DNA of 64,000 bases from Phycisphaerae bacterium (GTDB lineage: Bacteria > Planctomycetota > Phycisphaerae > Sedimentisphaerales > SM23-30): contig JAEIOG010000008.1 in assembly GCA_016342495.1 (NCBI GenBank), positions 1 to 64,000 of the forward strand, given 5' to 3'. The notes beneath the pieces were generated by a model. The model was not told the origin of the DNA, made no database searches, and saw nothing but the letters and a program-made list of their open reading frames with translations. The translations under genes were made by a program, and so were the position numbers. Positions within the stretch are counted from its first letter, which is position 1. The number at the start of each line of letters is the position of its first letter. Of the stretch, positions 1 to 9,525 are shown piece after piece.

Positions 1-69
1 TAACCCCCCAAAACAAGTGAAAAATTAGAGCTTAATTTTCTAATAGAATTGTCTCATTTTGCTTGACAA

Positions 70-771
70 TTACCGGTCATAACAAACCTGGCCACGCAGC
101 TCATGGGCTATTCTAACACCTACAACACCCAATGCCTTCCTAATCCAGCGATCATCAGTATCCCTTAATTCCAAAGCGTTCTTTATCCCACCGGCAGCTA
201 ACCGATTAGAATAACCGCGTGAAACACCCCAAATATCAGGCAGACTTGTTTTAACTAAAATCTCATCAATATTTTCACAATTAATAAGATCGACAACTCC
301 ATTGCCATGTTTAGCTAAATGGTTAGCCATCTTCGCCAGTGTTTTTGTTGGCCCAATACCAACTGAAACCGGAATCCCTGTCCATTGCCTGACTGTTCTT
401 CTAATCTGTTGGCCATAATCGCATAAATCAATGTTTGCAAGATTACTCAAATCCAGAAATGCTTCATCAATTGAATAGATTTCCATGTCATCGCAAAAGC
501 CTGCCAGAGTTTTCATAACCCGCTGAGACATATCACCGTAAAGGGCATAATTAGAAGAAAATATTGCTGTGCCATGTTTTTTAAGAAAAGGTTTTTCTTT
601 GAAATAAGGCACTCCCATCTTTATTCCTAAAGCTTTAACTTCATTGCTACGGGCCACGATACAGCCATCATTATTACTCAAAACTGCAACCGGCCTGTTT
701 TCCAAACCCGGGTTAAATACCCGTTCACAGGAAACATAAAAATTATTACAATCTACCAAGGAAAATATCAT
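70..771 (-). pseudogene. umuC: UmuC-like Y-family (translesion) DNA polymerase, N-terminal 233 aa only. It ends just after the conserved ELRG..C region, whereas full-length UmuC is about 420 aa.
   Basis: The N-terminus 'MIFSLVDCNNFYVSCERVF...VAVLSNNDGCIVARSNEVKALG' matches the UmuC/DinB palm domain. An in-frame TAA (complement of 70-72) removes the little-finger domain, and only 69 bp remain to the window edge. Confidence 0.6.
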
Positions 772-783
772 CTCTACCCTCGA

Positions 784-1209
784 TCAAAATGAATGTATCA
801 CATGCCGAACAACTCCCCAGACCGTAAAATCCATCGCATCGGAAATCTTCTGCTGTTGATATGCCTTATTTTCAGGGACAAGCCAAATCTGGCCCCGCTT
901 TATTCGCATTGTCTTGACCGTCAGTTCGCCATCAATGCAAGCAATAACCACATCGCCATCTTTGGCATTAACGGCTCTATCGACCACAAGCATATCATCA
1001 GGATGGATACCGGCATTAATCATCGATTCACCAGTAACCCGCACAAAATAAGTTGATGCCGGGTTGCTGATCAGATGCTTATTCAAGTCCAGCTTGCCTT
1101 CGATATATTCCTCAGCTGGCGAAGGAAACCCCGCCGCCACCGCCGACAAAAACAATGGCCGCAGGCATATACTACCTTGCTCAGCTTTGTAAATTGCTTC
1201 TACATTCAT
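784..1209 (-). CDS. umuD: UmuD-like S24 LexA-family self-cleaving peptidase (translesion synthesis accessory)
   Basis: 141 aa, with an S24 fold motif '...VTGESMINAGIHPDDMLVVDR...' (Ser-Lys dyad family). It lies directly upstream of umuC in the usual umuDC order. Confidence 0.8.
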   Translation of the reverse strand: MNVEAIYKAEQGSICLRPLFLSAVAAGFPSPAEEYIEGKLDLNKHLISNPASTYFVRVTGESMINAGIHPDDMLVVDRAVNAKDGDVVIACIDGELTVKTMRIKRGQIWLVPENKAYQQQKISDAMDFTVWGVVRHVIHSF

Positions 1210-1999
1210 AAAATAAGAGGCTCCAGTCCTAAAAAATAATCAAAAGGCTATTACTGCCACCAGATCTCAAATCATACCACGCTAACATATACCTAACAAG
1301 TGAATATCTTAAAATATATATATTTTTAGCTTTTTTTGCAGTGAAAAGGAGGTGGGGGGGGGCTACATAGTTAAATTTAAAAATAAATAAGCGATCAAAG
1401 CAGGATACCTCTAAGATTGATGGTACCTAAGCCCCGGGGGGTATGGTAATATCTGGGGAAATCAGGGGTTATCTTTTTTTGTGGTTCCAGCATATATCTA
1501 TTAGTCAGTTAAATTTACCGTCTTATTCATTAATTCTGGTATTTTCCCGGAATATGTGATGTTGCCATAGTCAAACAGGCCAGTATATATGCCAACACAT
1601 ACCAGCTTACCCAGTTATTTACCAAGCCCCCCTTGGTTAAAGTAGGGGGAGGACAAGGAACACGACAAAACTACAAAATAAAAAAACGATGATGCGACAA
1701 AGCCGAGATACCTTAACCCCTTATGGGACCCAACCCGGTGGGGGTGTGGTAAAGTTTCTGTTAATATCTTTCAGATGTTTTCTATCAGCTATTGGTCAAA
1801 AAACCGTGCTTTACCGATAAAATGTGTGAGCTATATCTTTCGTCAAAGTTATGTCAGTATTTTGTCAGTCATTCATATTGACGCAAGTTTAAGTCTGAAT
1901 TGCCGTTTTTAATTTAATAATGGGGTTTATTCATTAGGTAAACACTTTCGTCAGTTCTGTCGGTTACTTTTCAAGGAATTCACAAAAACACATAGCCCA

Positions 2000-2308
2000 T
2001 TATTTTTTATCCCCCAGCTTGCTGGCCAGTCTCATTCTTTCATCGGCGGGTAAGTTTTCGAGTATTACTGCCCTGCATTGTTCGTTCATACCTGCCAAGA
2101 TACTGGCTAGAAGTTCAATTTTTTCATCAGCATCAGTACCGGTTTTATTTACCTGTTGTGCATCATTTTGCAGATTATGCCCCAGATTGTGCCCTGATAG
2201 TTTTTCCGTATTTTCATAAGTCTTGTTTTGACAACTATTTACGTCACTTACTTCGAGTCCTACTGGGCCCATCATGCTGTTGGTCTTTGTAAACGCAAGG
2301 TTTAGCAA
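2000..2308 (-). CDS. small hypothetical protein (102 aa)
   Basis: ORF only, with no recognisable family. It is co-directional with the downstream operon. Confidence 0.3.
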   Translation of the reverse strand: MLNLAFTKTNSMMGPVGLEVSDVNSCQNKTYENTEKLSGHNLGHNLQNDAQQVNKTGTDADEKIELLASILAGMNEQCRAVILENLPADERMRLASKLGDKK

Positions 2309-2404
2309 TTTTTCGCAAAGCCTCGTAACTACAAGGACTTACAGCTTTTTTTATGTCGCTGTGAAGTTATGGTGTTTCTCAGGTGAAATTCTAAAAGCAT
2401 ACAA

Positions 2405-2785
2405 TTATCCGCCGGATCGTTTGGCTTTATAGCCCAGTTTATCCAGCTCATCGATGAGTTTATCCCGCTGGTCACCCTGTATTTCGATTATGCAGTCTTT
2501 GACTGTGCCACCGCAGCCACACTTATTCTTTAGCTTTTTGGCCAATTCTTTTAATTCATCCTCAGCCAGTGGCAATCCGCTGATAGTTGTTACGCCTTTA
2601 CCTTTGCGGCCTTTAGTCTGGCGGCCAACCCGCACATTGCCGTCACCTTTGATTACCTGTTGACTATCCTTACAGGCACATTTATCGACAGCTTTCGAAC
2701 ATTTCGGGCACATCTTCCCGCCATCAGTACTGAATACCAGCCCCAAATTATTGCTGTTCTTGAATATCAAAACTAAACTCTCCAA
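2405..2785 (-). CDS. yciH: SUI1/eIF1-family translation initiation factor YciH
   Basis: 'GRQTKGRKGKGVTTISGL...KLKNKCGCGGTVKDCIIEIQGDQRDKLIDELDKLGYKAKRSGG' aligns with E. coli YciH end to end. Confidence 0.85.
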   Translation of the reverse strand: MESLVLIFKNSNNLGLVFSTDGGKMCPKCSKAVDKCACKDSQQVIKGDGNVRVGRQTKGRKGKGVTTISGLPLAEDELKELAKKLKNKCGCGGTVKDCIIEIQGDQRDKLIDELDKLGYKAKRSGG

Positions 2786-2818
2786 ATTATTATTGTGTGA
2801 ACCGCAAGCTACACGAAG

Positions 2819-3718
2819 TTATAATCCTTTAGCTTCCCGCTTTTTCTGTCGGGCCAGAGCTCGGGCACGTTGATTCTTTGTGGGCTGGTTTTGACCGCTT
2901 TGTTTATCGGTATCTACTTTAGACTTATTGACAGGCTTGTAGGGACTTGCCTTTTTGACCTGACGTTTTTTTGGCGGAACAGCTTTGACCTTGTCAGGCT
3001 TTTGCATAATGAAAAGATAATTAAATCCTCTCAAAAAGAAATTGCCTTCATCGGCGGCCTTGCGATAGTTACCCATCTCCAGCGTTTTATTGTGCCGGAC
3101 CACTGCGATAATATCAACCGGAATAAAGAATTCACGTAAAATTTCAAACAGCTCAAAACCAATCGGGAAAAACCCCTTTTTGATTTCATGGGAGTCACTG
3201 ACATACAAACCCATATATTTGCCGGGCTTTAATATTCGATTAATCTCGGTAATTACCAGCCGCAAAGCATCATAATACTCATTGCAATCGGCGTGTAGTT
3301 TACCGATGCACTGGGGCGAATCGCTGTAATTGACATGGGTTGAATAGGGCGGGTCGATAAAAACAAAATCTGCTTTCTGGTCTTCCAGTGGAAGCTTACG
3401 GGCATCAACTCGAAAAATGTCATCACGGGTCGGATTAACATCATAGCCCAGAGCCCGGCGATTCAGGTCGCGGGCCACATCCAGTGTCGTACCGCTGCCG
3501 CACATCGGGTCAACTACCAGGTCTTTTTCTTTGGTATAGCGATCCAGCAGGTTCCAGATTATATAGCTGGGCGTTGCCCCGATATAATTTTGATTGCCCT
3601 GCATCTTATCGCCATAATTCTGGGATGGATAATCCCACAAAGTCGTAACCTGCCTTTGCAAGGGTGGCTTAGTCTTTTTGTATTTCATACCGGGTTTATT
3701 TGTGTTTTTCATATTCAT
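2819..3718 (-). CDS. Orphan N6-adenine/N4-cytosine DNA methyltransferase (pfam01555-like). The SAM-binding motif (DPMCGSGTT) precedes the DPPY catalytic motif, and there is a lysine/arginine-rich C-terminal tail.
   Basis: Motifs 'VVDPMCGSGTT' and 'FVFIDPPYS'. No adjacent endonuclease-like ORF, and it is embedded in a housekeeping operon. Confidence 0.75.
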   Translation of the reverse strand: MNMKNTNKPGMKYKKTKPPLQRQVTTLWDYPSQNYGDKMQGNQNYIGATPSYIIWNLLDRYTKEKDLVVDPMCGSGTTLDVARDLNRRALGYDVNPTRDDIFRVDARKLPLEDQKADFVFIDPPYSTHVNYSDSPQCIGKLHADCNEYYDALRLVITEINRILKPGKYMGLYVSDSHEIKKGFFPIGFELFEILREFFIPVDIIAVVRHNKTLEMGNYRKAADEGNFFLRGFNYLFIMQKPDKVKAVPPKKRQVKKASPYKPVNKSKVDTDKQSGQNQPTKNQRARALARQKKREAKGL

Positions 3719-3794
3719 AATATTTCAAAAGGTACGATGGGCTAAGCCCATGCAGATAAAATCTCTTCGTATTAGCGACATCAAATTAGTTTTT

Positions 3795-4676
3795 TTATGC
3801 CTGATTTATCGCCGCAGTCATATCAACCACTTCCCTGGTTTCCTTGACATCATGCACCCGCAATATCTGGCATTCTTTACTTACGCAATAGCCAACTACC
3901 GCGGCATTGCCAAATGTTCTATCCGCAGCATTTTCAATCCCCAGTATATCGCCAATAAACCGTTTTCGGCTATGGCCTATCAGCACTGGCACACCAAGTT
4001 CACTAAAGGCATCAATATGCTTAATCAGCAATAAATTATGTTCAGTTGTCTTGCCAAATCCAATACCCGGATCGATAATTATCTGTTGCTTTTTGATTCC
4101 GGATGATAAACAAAACGCTATCCGCTCGACCAAAAACTTTTTAACTTCCTCAACCACATTTTCATATTCCGGCTGTCGCTGCATGTTTTCAGGCTTACCC
4201 TGCATATGCATCAAAATGATTGGACAGCCTTGCTCTGCAATCAGGTCAGCTAACTTATCATCAAACAGCAAAGCAGAAACATCATTTACAATTGATGCTC
4301 CGGCTTCTAAAGCTGCCTTGGCAACCTCACAGCTGGTCGTGTCGATACTTATGGCCACATTACACTGGTTAGCTATCCCTTTGATCAACGGCACCACTCG
4401 TTTGATCTGCTCGGTTACACTTACCGCCTGTGAGCCGGGACGGGTCGATTCCCCGCCAACATCTATAATTTTAGCACCATCGGCGACCATTTGTAAGCCA
4501 TGGGCAACAGCAATATCAATATCTACAAAATGTCCGCCATCGCTAAATGAATCCGGCGTAGCATTTAGTATTCCCATAATCACAGGCTTATCGCCCAGAG
4601 TTAGTTCTTGCCTTTTGCATTGAATCTGATATTGCTTCATCAAATTACTCCCAGGGCCACCAACTCCCTGCGGCAC
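3795..4676 (-). CDS. folP: Dihydropteroate synthase
   Basis: 'GILNATPDSFSDGG', 'DVGGESTRPG' and 'GHSRKRFIG' are pterin-binding DHPS signatures. Confidence 0.9.
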   Translation of the reverse strand: MPQGVGGPGSNLMKQYQIQCKRQELTLGDKPVIMGILNATPDSFSDGGHFVDIDIAVAHGLQMVADGAKIIDVGGESTRPGSQAVSVTEQIKRVVPLIKGIANQCNVAISIDTTSCEVAKAALEAGASIVNDVSALLFDDKLADLIAEQGCPIILMHMQGKPENMQRQPEYENVVEEVKKFLVERIAFCLSSGIKKQQIIIDPGIGFGKTTEHNLLLIKHIDAFSELGVPVLIGHSRKRFIGDILGIENAADRTFGNAAVVGYCVSKECQILRVHDVKETREVVDMTAAINQA

Positions 4677-5248
4677 TGGTTGGCATCCTTAAATAATATC
4701 CCCGTTATCCCCAGCTTATTAGCTGACTGAATATTGGCGACACTGTCATCTATGAACACTGTCTGGCTTGCTTCAATGCCAAATCGTTCCAGAGCATAAA
4801 CATATATTGCTTCATCAGGTTTAATCATCTTAACCTCAGATGAAACAACAGCATCGTTAAACTCGCTGAAATATTCATTGCGGTCACGCAGATAATTGAA
4901 ATTATTAGTATGGATATTAGACAGGCAGAAAATCTCATTATTCTTCTTGCATTCCAGCAATAACTCCACAGTTTCAGCTTTGGTTGTCAGGCTTGCCCGA
5001 GTTGTCTCAAAAAGTTCCTCAGTTGTTTTGCTGTCAATACCGAGCCTGGCCTCAATTCGTAGGCCAGCTTCATCTTCGCTTATTTTACCACTATCCATAT
5101 CCAGCCAGTCCTGATGGCCAAATACCTCCGTTAATACTCTCTGTTGCATTCCCGGTTCATTGAATTGTTTCGCTGCGATCAATTCAGGCGACCAGTTAAT
5201 CAAAACCCCGCCCAAATCAAATATGACATTCTTTATTTTTTTATTCAT
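4640..5248 (-). CDS. HAD-superfamily hydrolase
   Basis: N-terminal 'VIFDLGGVLINW' HAD motif I (DxG). It overlaps folP and pgsA in the operon. Confidence 0.7.
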   Translation of the reverse strand: MNKKIKNVIFDLGGVLINWSPELIAAKQFNEPGMQQRVLTEVFGHQDWLDMDSGKISEDEAGLRIEARLGIDSKTTEELFETTRASLTTKAETVELLLECKKNNEIFCLSNIHTNNFNYLRDRNEYFSEFNDAVVSSEVKMIKPDEAIYVYALERFGIEASQTVFIDDSVANIQSANKLGITGILFKDANQCRRELVALGVI

Positions 5249-5870
5249 TAATTTCTCGACTGTTTTTTATCACTTGTCGTAATTTAATTGTATAATCCAC
5301 CGCGGTAAAAGCGGTAAATACCACCGCTGCCCAAATCCAGAAATTTCTGAAATAGTCCCAGAATGGATACTTGTAGAAAAATGTCATACAAAACACCGTA
5401 GTTCCTATTGCGATACTCTGCAGGATCATTTTGGTTTTGCCAGTCCAAACTGCACCGAATGCTTTGCCGTTGGCTTCCAGTATACTGCGGGCAATTGTAA
5501 TATAAACTTCCCTGGCTAAAATGACGATTACCATCCACCATTGAACGCCTGTCTGTTCATCAGGTCGCAGTGCCAGCAGAATAAATCCTCCACCGACCAG
5601 TATCTTATCGACAAACGGGTCGAACCAGCGTCCAAAAGCACTGGTGGTATTCCAGCGCCGAGCCAGCGGCCCATCGATAATATCTGTTATTGCCGCGACA
5701 ATAAATAATATAAATGACCACAGCATCATTACCGTATCAGTTTTTGTAGCCGGGCCAAATGGAGCTTCGCTTTTGAAATTCGATTTATAAAGTAAAAATA
5801 CAAATCCCGCGGCAAAAAATATGCGAGAACCGGTCAATACATTTGGAAGATGTTTTTTTATTAATGACAT
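5241..5870 (-). CDS. pgsA: CDP-alcohol phosphatidyltransferase (CDP-diacylglycerol--glycerol-3-phosphate 3-phosphatidyltransferase-like)
   Basis: 'DIIDGPLARRWNTTSAFGRWFDPFVDKI' is the CDP-OH phosphatidyltransferase signature D-G-x2-AR-x8-G-x3-D-x3-D. It is a multi-TM protein. Confidence 0.8.
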   Translation of the reverse strand: MSLIKKHLPNVLTGSRIFFAAGFVFLLYKSNFKSEAPFGPATKTDTVMMLWSFILFIVAAITDIIDGPLARRWNTTSAFGRWFDPFVDKILVGGGFILLALRPDEQTGVQWWMVIVILAREVYITIARSILEANGKAFGAVWTGKTKMILQSIAIGTTVFCMTFFYKYPFWDYFRNFWIWAAVVFTAFTAVDYTIKLRQVIKNSREINE

Positions 5871-5922
5871 AACTGCAGTCCAATAGAAAAGATTAACTCT
5901 AACTTACTTGCTTACTTTATTT

Positions 5923-7323
5923 CTAAGCAATCTCGCCCACTAAATCATAATCCAGTCGCCCAATAATCTTTATCGGTAAAATATCACCAGAGGTCAATTC
6001 CAGATCCGGATCAACCGTAATATAGCAAACGCTGTCGACTTCCGGGCCTTGCCCTTGATGGCGACCTGTTACCCAGCGATAATCCGGGTCCAGCCCCAGC
6101 TCATCAGCCTCATCATCAAAAAGGGCACTGGTTATCATGCAATCGATAGTTTTATCTGTCAGCTCATCAGCCAACTCAAAAGCGATTTCCTGTTGGGTTG
6201 TCATGATCGCATCATAACGCTTTATCTGAGTTTCTTCATCGATATGGCCAGGAAGTTTCGCCGAGGCGGTTTCCTTTTCAAAAGAATACATAAAAGCGCT
6301 GAGAGCATCAAAACGGCATTCCTTGACAAATTCCAACAACTGGGCGAAATCATCATCGGTTTCACCCGGAAAACCAACCAGCATCGTTGTCCGCAAAGTT
6401 ACATCAGGGATCTGCTTTCGTATTTTCTCAAGCAACTCAATCGTCTGGCTTTTAGTCAGCTTGCGATTCATTAATTTTAAAATATTATCGCTGATATGCT
6501 GTAGCGGTATATCGATATAAGGCACAACTTTTTCCAGTTTAGCCATCGCTTCAATTATTTTATCACTTAAAGTTGCAGGGTGCACATAAAGCACGCGTAT
6601 CCATTTTAATTTTTCAATTTTATTTAGTTCAACCAGAAGCTCCGCTAAGCCATAGCCATCATTAAGGTCCTGACCATAGCCAGATGTCTCCTGACCGATA
6701 AGATTAAGTTCCACTACTCCATCGTTAGCTAGCTCCTTAGCTTCTTCGATGACAGCATCCATTGGCTTACTGCGGAAATTACCTCTTATAAATGGTATCG
6801 TACAGAATGTGCATTTCTGGTCGCAACCTTCACTTATTCGAAGATACCCCCAGCAGCTTTCTGTAATCCTTAAGCGTCCCTGGTCATTGGCAACATCGCG
6901 AAATTCACCTTTTGTCACCTGAAGATTATTGGCCAGTCCGCTATCACTGAGCAGTTCGTTAACGATTCCGACAATCTTATCCCGCCGATCAAGGCCCAGC
7001 ACAGCATCAATCTCTGGCTGTTTTTCCAAAAGCTCCCCCTGCCAAAGCTGGGCCAGACAGCCAGTGACAATAACGATTTTGGTCTGTCCCTGTCGTTTTC
7101 GTTCAAGGACCTCTTCGATATTTTCCATGGCTTCATCGCGTGCTTCTTCGATAAATCCGCAGGTATTAATAATTGTAACATCACATGGCGTATCCGGCCC
7201 GGTCAGCATAAAGCCAGCCCCGCCTAACAGACCAAGCATTTTTTCGCTATCGACCAGGTTCTTAGCACAGCCCAGCGTTACGAAACTAACTTTTATTGGT
7301 TCATTTTCAGTATTATTATTCAT
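5923..7323 (-). CDS. rimO: Ribosomal protein S12 methylthiotransferase RimO (MiaB-family radical SAM with C-terminal TRAM domain)
   Basis: Has an N-terminal MTTase domain 'VSFVTLGCAKNLVDSE' and a radical SAM 'EGCDQKCTFCTIP' CxxxCxxC motif. At 466 aa it is RimO-sized. Confidence 0.8.
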   Translation of the reverse strand: MNNNTENEPIKVSFVTLGCAKNLVDSEKMLGLLGGAGFMLTGPDTPCDVTIINTCGFIEEARDEAMENIEEVLERKRQGQTKIVIVTGCLAQLWQGELLEKQPEIDAVLGLDRRDKIVGIVNELLSDSGLANNLQVTKGEFRDVANDQGRLRITESCWGYLRISEGCDQKCTFCTIPFIRGNFRSKPMDAVIEEAKELANDGVVELNLIGQETSGYGQDLNDGYGLAELLVELNKIEKLKWIRVLYVHPATLSDKIIEAMAKLEKVVPYIDIPLQHISDNILKLMNRKLTKSQTIELLEKIRKQIPDVTLRTTMLVGFPGETDDDFAQLLEFVKECRFDALSAFMYSFEKETASAKLPGHIDEETQIKRYDAIMTTQQEIAFELADELTDKTIDCMITSALFDDEADELGLDPDYRWVTGRHQGQGPEVDSVCYITVDPDLELTSGDILPIKIIGRLDYDLVGEIA

Positions 7324-7450
7324 TCCGGCATTCTAGCTGATAAAAGCCTGATTTGCAACCTATAATTAAAAACTAATACATGAAGGGTACTTGCCATGGC
7401 AGACTGCTTGCACCGTGATCGATACCCAAAGATATTTCATCTGAAAGCCC

Positions 7451-7493
7451 ACAAAAAAAGGTATGTTATTCCTTTTGCAAAAAATAACATACC
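7451..7493 (-). terminator. Rho-independent terminator downstream of the flotillin-like gene
   Basis: 11-bp perfect stem GGTATGTTATT / AATAACATACC with a 12-nt loop. It is followed by a T7 run on the minus strand. Confidence 0.6.
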
Positions 7494-7535
7494 TCCATTT
7501 AACTTAAAATAAAATTGGCTGGCACTACCCCAAAA

Positions 7536-9068
7536 CTATTTATTTATTTTAGGTGCAGTCGTTTCCTTTTCGCCATTGCCGAGCTTGCCGCTCAAAATAG
7601 TACCCATCAGGGCATCAGACATACCTGTTTGACTGGAACCGCCAACCATAACATCTGGGGTAATCCTGATTTCACTTTCGGCAATGAGTTTCATTATCTC
7701 GATTAATGCCGCATTATCAGAACCAATAACTTCTGAAACCAGCTTATAAGCTTTAGCTTGAGCTTCTGCGGTCAATTCGATTTTTTCAGCCTGGGCTTCA
7801 GCATCAATAATCATTTTCTTTTTGATTTCTTCAGCAATTGTCACACCATATTCAGCAGTTGCAAGTAGTTTCTCTTCTTCTGCTTCTTGTGTGGTTTTCA
7901 TTAGTTCTTTTTCTTTTTCAGCTGCTCTTTGCTGTTCTTGGAATGTTTCCTGTTCTTGCAAGGCGATTTCTCTGTCGGTCTGGGTTTTCAGCAGAGTCCC
8001 CAGACTTTCTTCATCACCAATATTTCCTATTCGCACTGCAAGGACAGTTACACCATATTCCAACAGCTCTTCATCAAGCATCTTGGCACTTTGAGATTCC
8101 TGTACCGATCTGTTTTGTACATATTCCAGTGCTTTTACTTTTTCCGCATTATTTCTGAAAATAGCTCTAACCGCCGGGGTTACCAGCTTAGACAGTACAA
8201 GATCATCATCACCGACTGTTGCAACAACCTTAGGTGTATCGTTGACATCAATTCTATAGGTAACTCTTACATCAACCGGAAAAGTAAAGCCATCTTTACT
8301 TCTTACTGTAATAGGGCGATCAGGCTGGTTGCTATCTGTCAGTTCGCCCGCTTCTTTATCGGATGTATAGCTAACCTTAACTTGTCTGATACTGACCATT
8401 GTCACTTCGTATGCATCGGTATTTCTATAATACTGGCCTTCGCCAAGCGCGGTGTCCCATATCCCACGCTGGCCTTCCTTGACAAGCCTGTCTTGGGCCT
8501 TGACACTTTCACCGACATTACTTTTTATCACTGCCGCCGATCCTGTCTTAACATCTATTACTTTGGCTGACTTAACAGTAAACAGTTTAGTGTTCAAACG
8601 ATATTTACCGGGTTTCAAAACCGTCAACTGGGGCCCTTTATAGCCTTTGCCTTCGCCCAGAAAATACTCGGCATTTATCATATCGTCTGGTTTTGTCCAT
8701 TCCGGTGCAAAAATTGTATCTTCAGGAAGACTCATTCCATCTGATGCCTGGAGAATACCAACTTCTCCTTGGCGAATTTCAGTCACTGGCACCTTAGTGA
8801 CAGTATACTGCCAGGGCCAATAGAAAAAATGCCAGCCTGGTGCCAGCGTTTTCGCCTGGATTCCATTTTCTCCATTAAAAGCTAAAATTCGTCCGCTGGG
8901 CAATTTCCCGCCGCCAAATTTCTTTTCGACAATGCCGACATCGCTGCCGCTGACATTCACCAGCGAACTGGCAATTATCGCCAGAATTAAAAGCAAAAAG
9001 ATTCCAATTGCCGCTGGAATCACTTTGGCCTTACTGAAATTTACCGGAAATTCATGTCTCTGATTCAT
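7536..9068 (-). CDS. SPFH/band-7 domain protein, flotillin-like (YqiK family), with a C-terminal E/A/K-rich coiled coil
   Basis: Has an N-terminal TM segment, an SPFH domain, and then a long 'EQETFQEQQRAAEKEKELMKTTQEAEEEKLLA' coiled-coil tail typical of flotillins. Confidence 0.75.
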   Translation of the reverse strand: MNQRHEFPVNFSKAKVIPAAIGIFLLLILAIIASSLVNVSGSDVGIVEKKFGGGKLPSGRILAFNGENGIQAKTLAPGWHFFYWPWQYTVTKVPVTEIRQGEVGILQASDGMSLPEDTIFAPEWTKPDDMINAEYFLGEGKGYKGPQLTVLKPGKYRLNTKLFTVKSAKVIDVKTGSAAVIKSNVGESVKAQDRLVKEGQRGIWDTALGEGQYYRNTDAYEVTMVSIRQVKVSYTSDKEAGELTDSNQPDRPITVRSKDGFTFPVDVRVTYRIDVNDTPKVVATVGDDDLVLSKLVTPAVRAIFRNNAEKVKALEYVQNRSVQESQSAKMLDEELLEYGVTVLAVRIGNIGDEESLGTLLKTQTDREIALQEQETFQEQQRAAEKEKELMKTTQEAEEEKLLATAEYGVTIAEEIKKKMIIDAEAQAEKIELTAEAQAKAYKLVSEVIGSDNAALIEIMKLIAESEIRITPDVMVGGSSQTGMSDALMGTILSGKLGNGEKETTAPKINK

Positions 9069-9525
9069 AATGTTCTCCTGAAAAAAATGAAAATTGTTCT
9101 TATGAGGCTATCCCGTTAGCCTTAAATAAGCTTTTGAATATTGTTTAACCACTTGTTAATACACCACACCCATTTGAGCAAAAAGCTCAACTATAAATAT
9201 TCTATCCGAATAATATTCATTTGAACAGCATTAATTTAATATTTTCTATATACCACACTCGTATTTCTGTTTATAGCCCACTATCTGCATGGTTACTCAT
9301 TCAAGCTGTAAATAGGATATACTGATAACAGTTGAATTTCACGCTTTGTCAATACCTGAGTTATTGTATTGAGGGACTTAGAACTGGCCCAGCCAGAGGG
9401 GACCATACCCTTGGGGTATAAATAATCTCACTTTTTTATTCTAATAGTTGCTGTTTCAAGTTATATTACTTAGGTGCTTTTTCCCAGCATAAAGAATTTA
9501 TATTTTTTAGCCAGAAGGACAGACG

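Noticed and set aside
1260-2000. tRNA or rRNA genes in the long non-coding stretches (also 11446-12022, 48810-49429)
   Set aside because: No cloverleaf-compatible segments or conserved T-loop (GTTCRANYC) contexts were found by inspection.
2819-3718. Restriction-modification system
   Set aside because: No endonuclease-like ORF is adjacent to either methyltransferase (2819-3718 or 49430-50386). Both are treated as orphan MTases.
7822-8643. Plus-strand ORFs (90-213 aa) opposite the flotillin-like gene, and similar antisense ORFs opposite folP (3907-4623), PhoD (31201-31890) and others
   Set aside because: They overlap well-supported genes on the other strand, have low-complexity composition and show no family resemblance.
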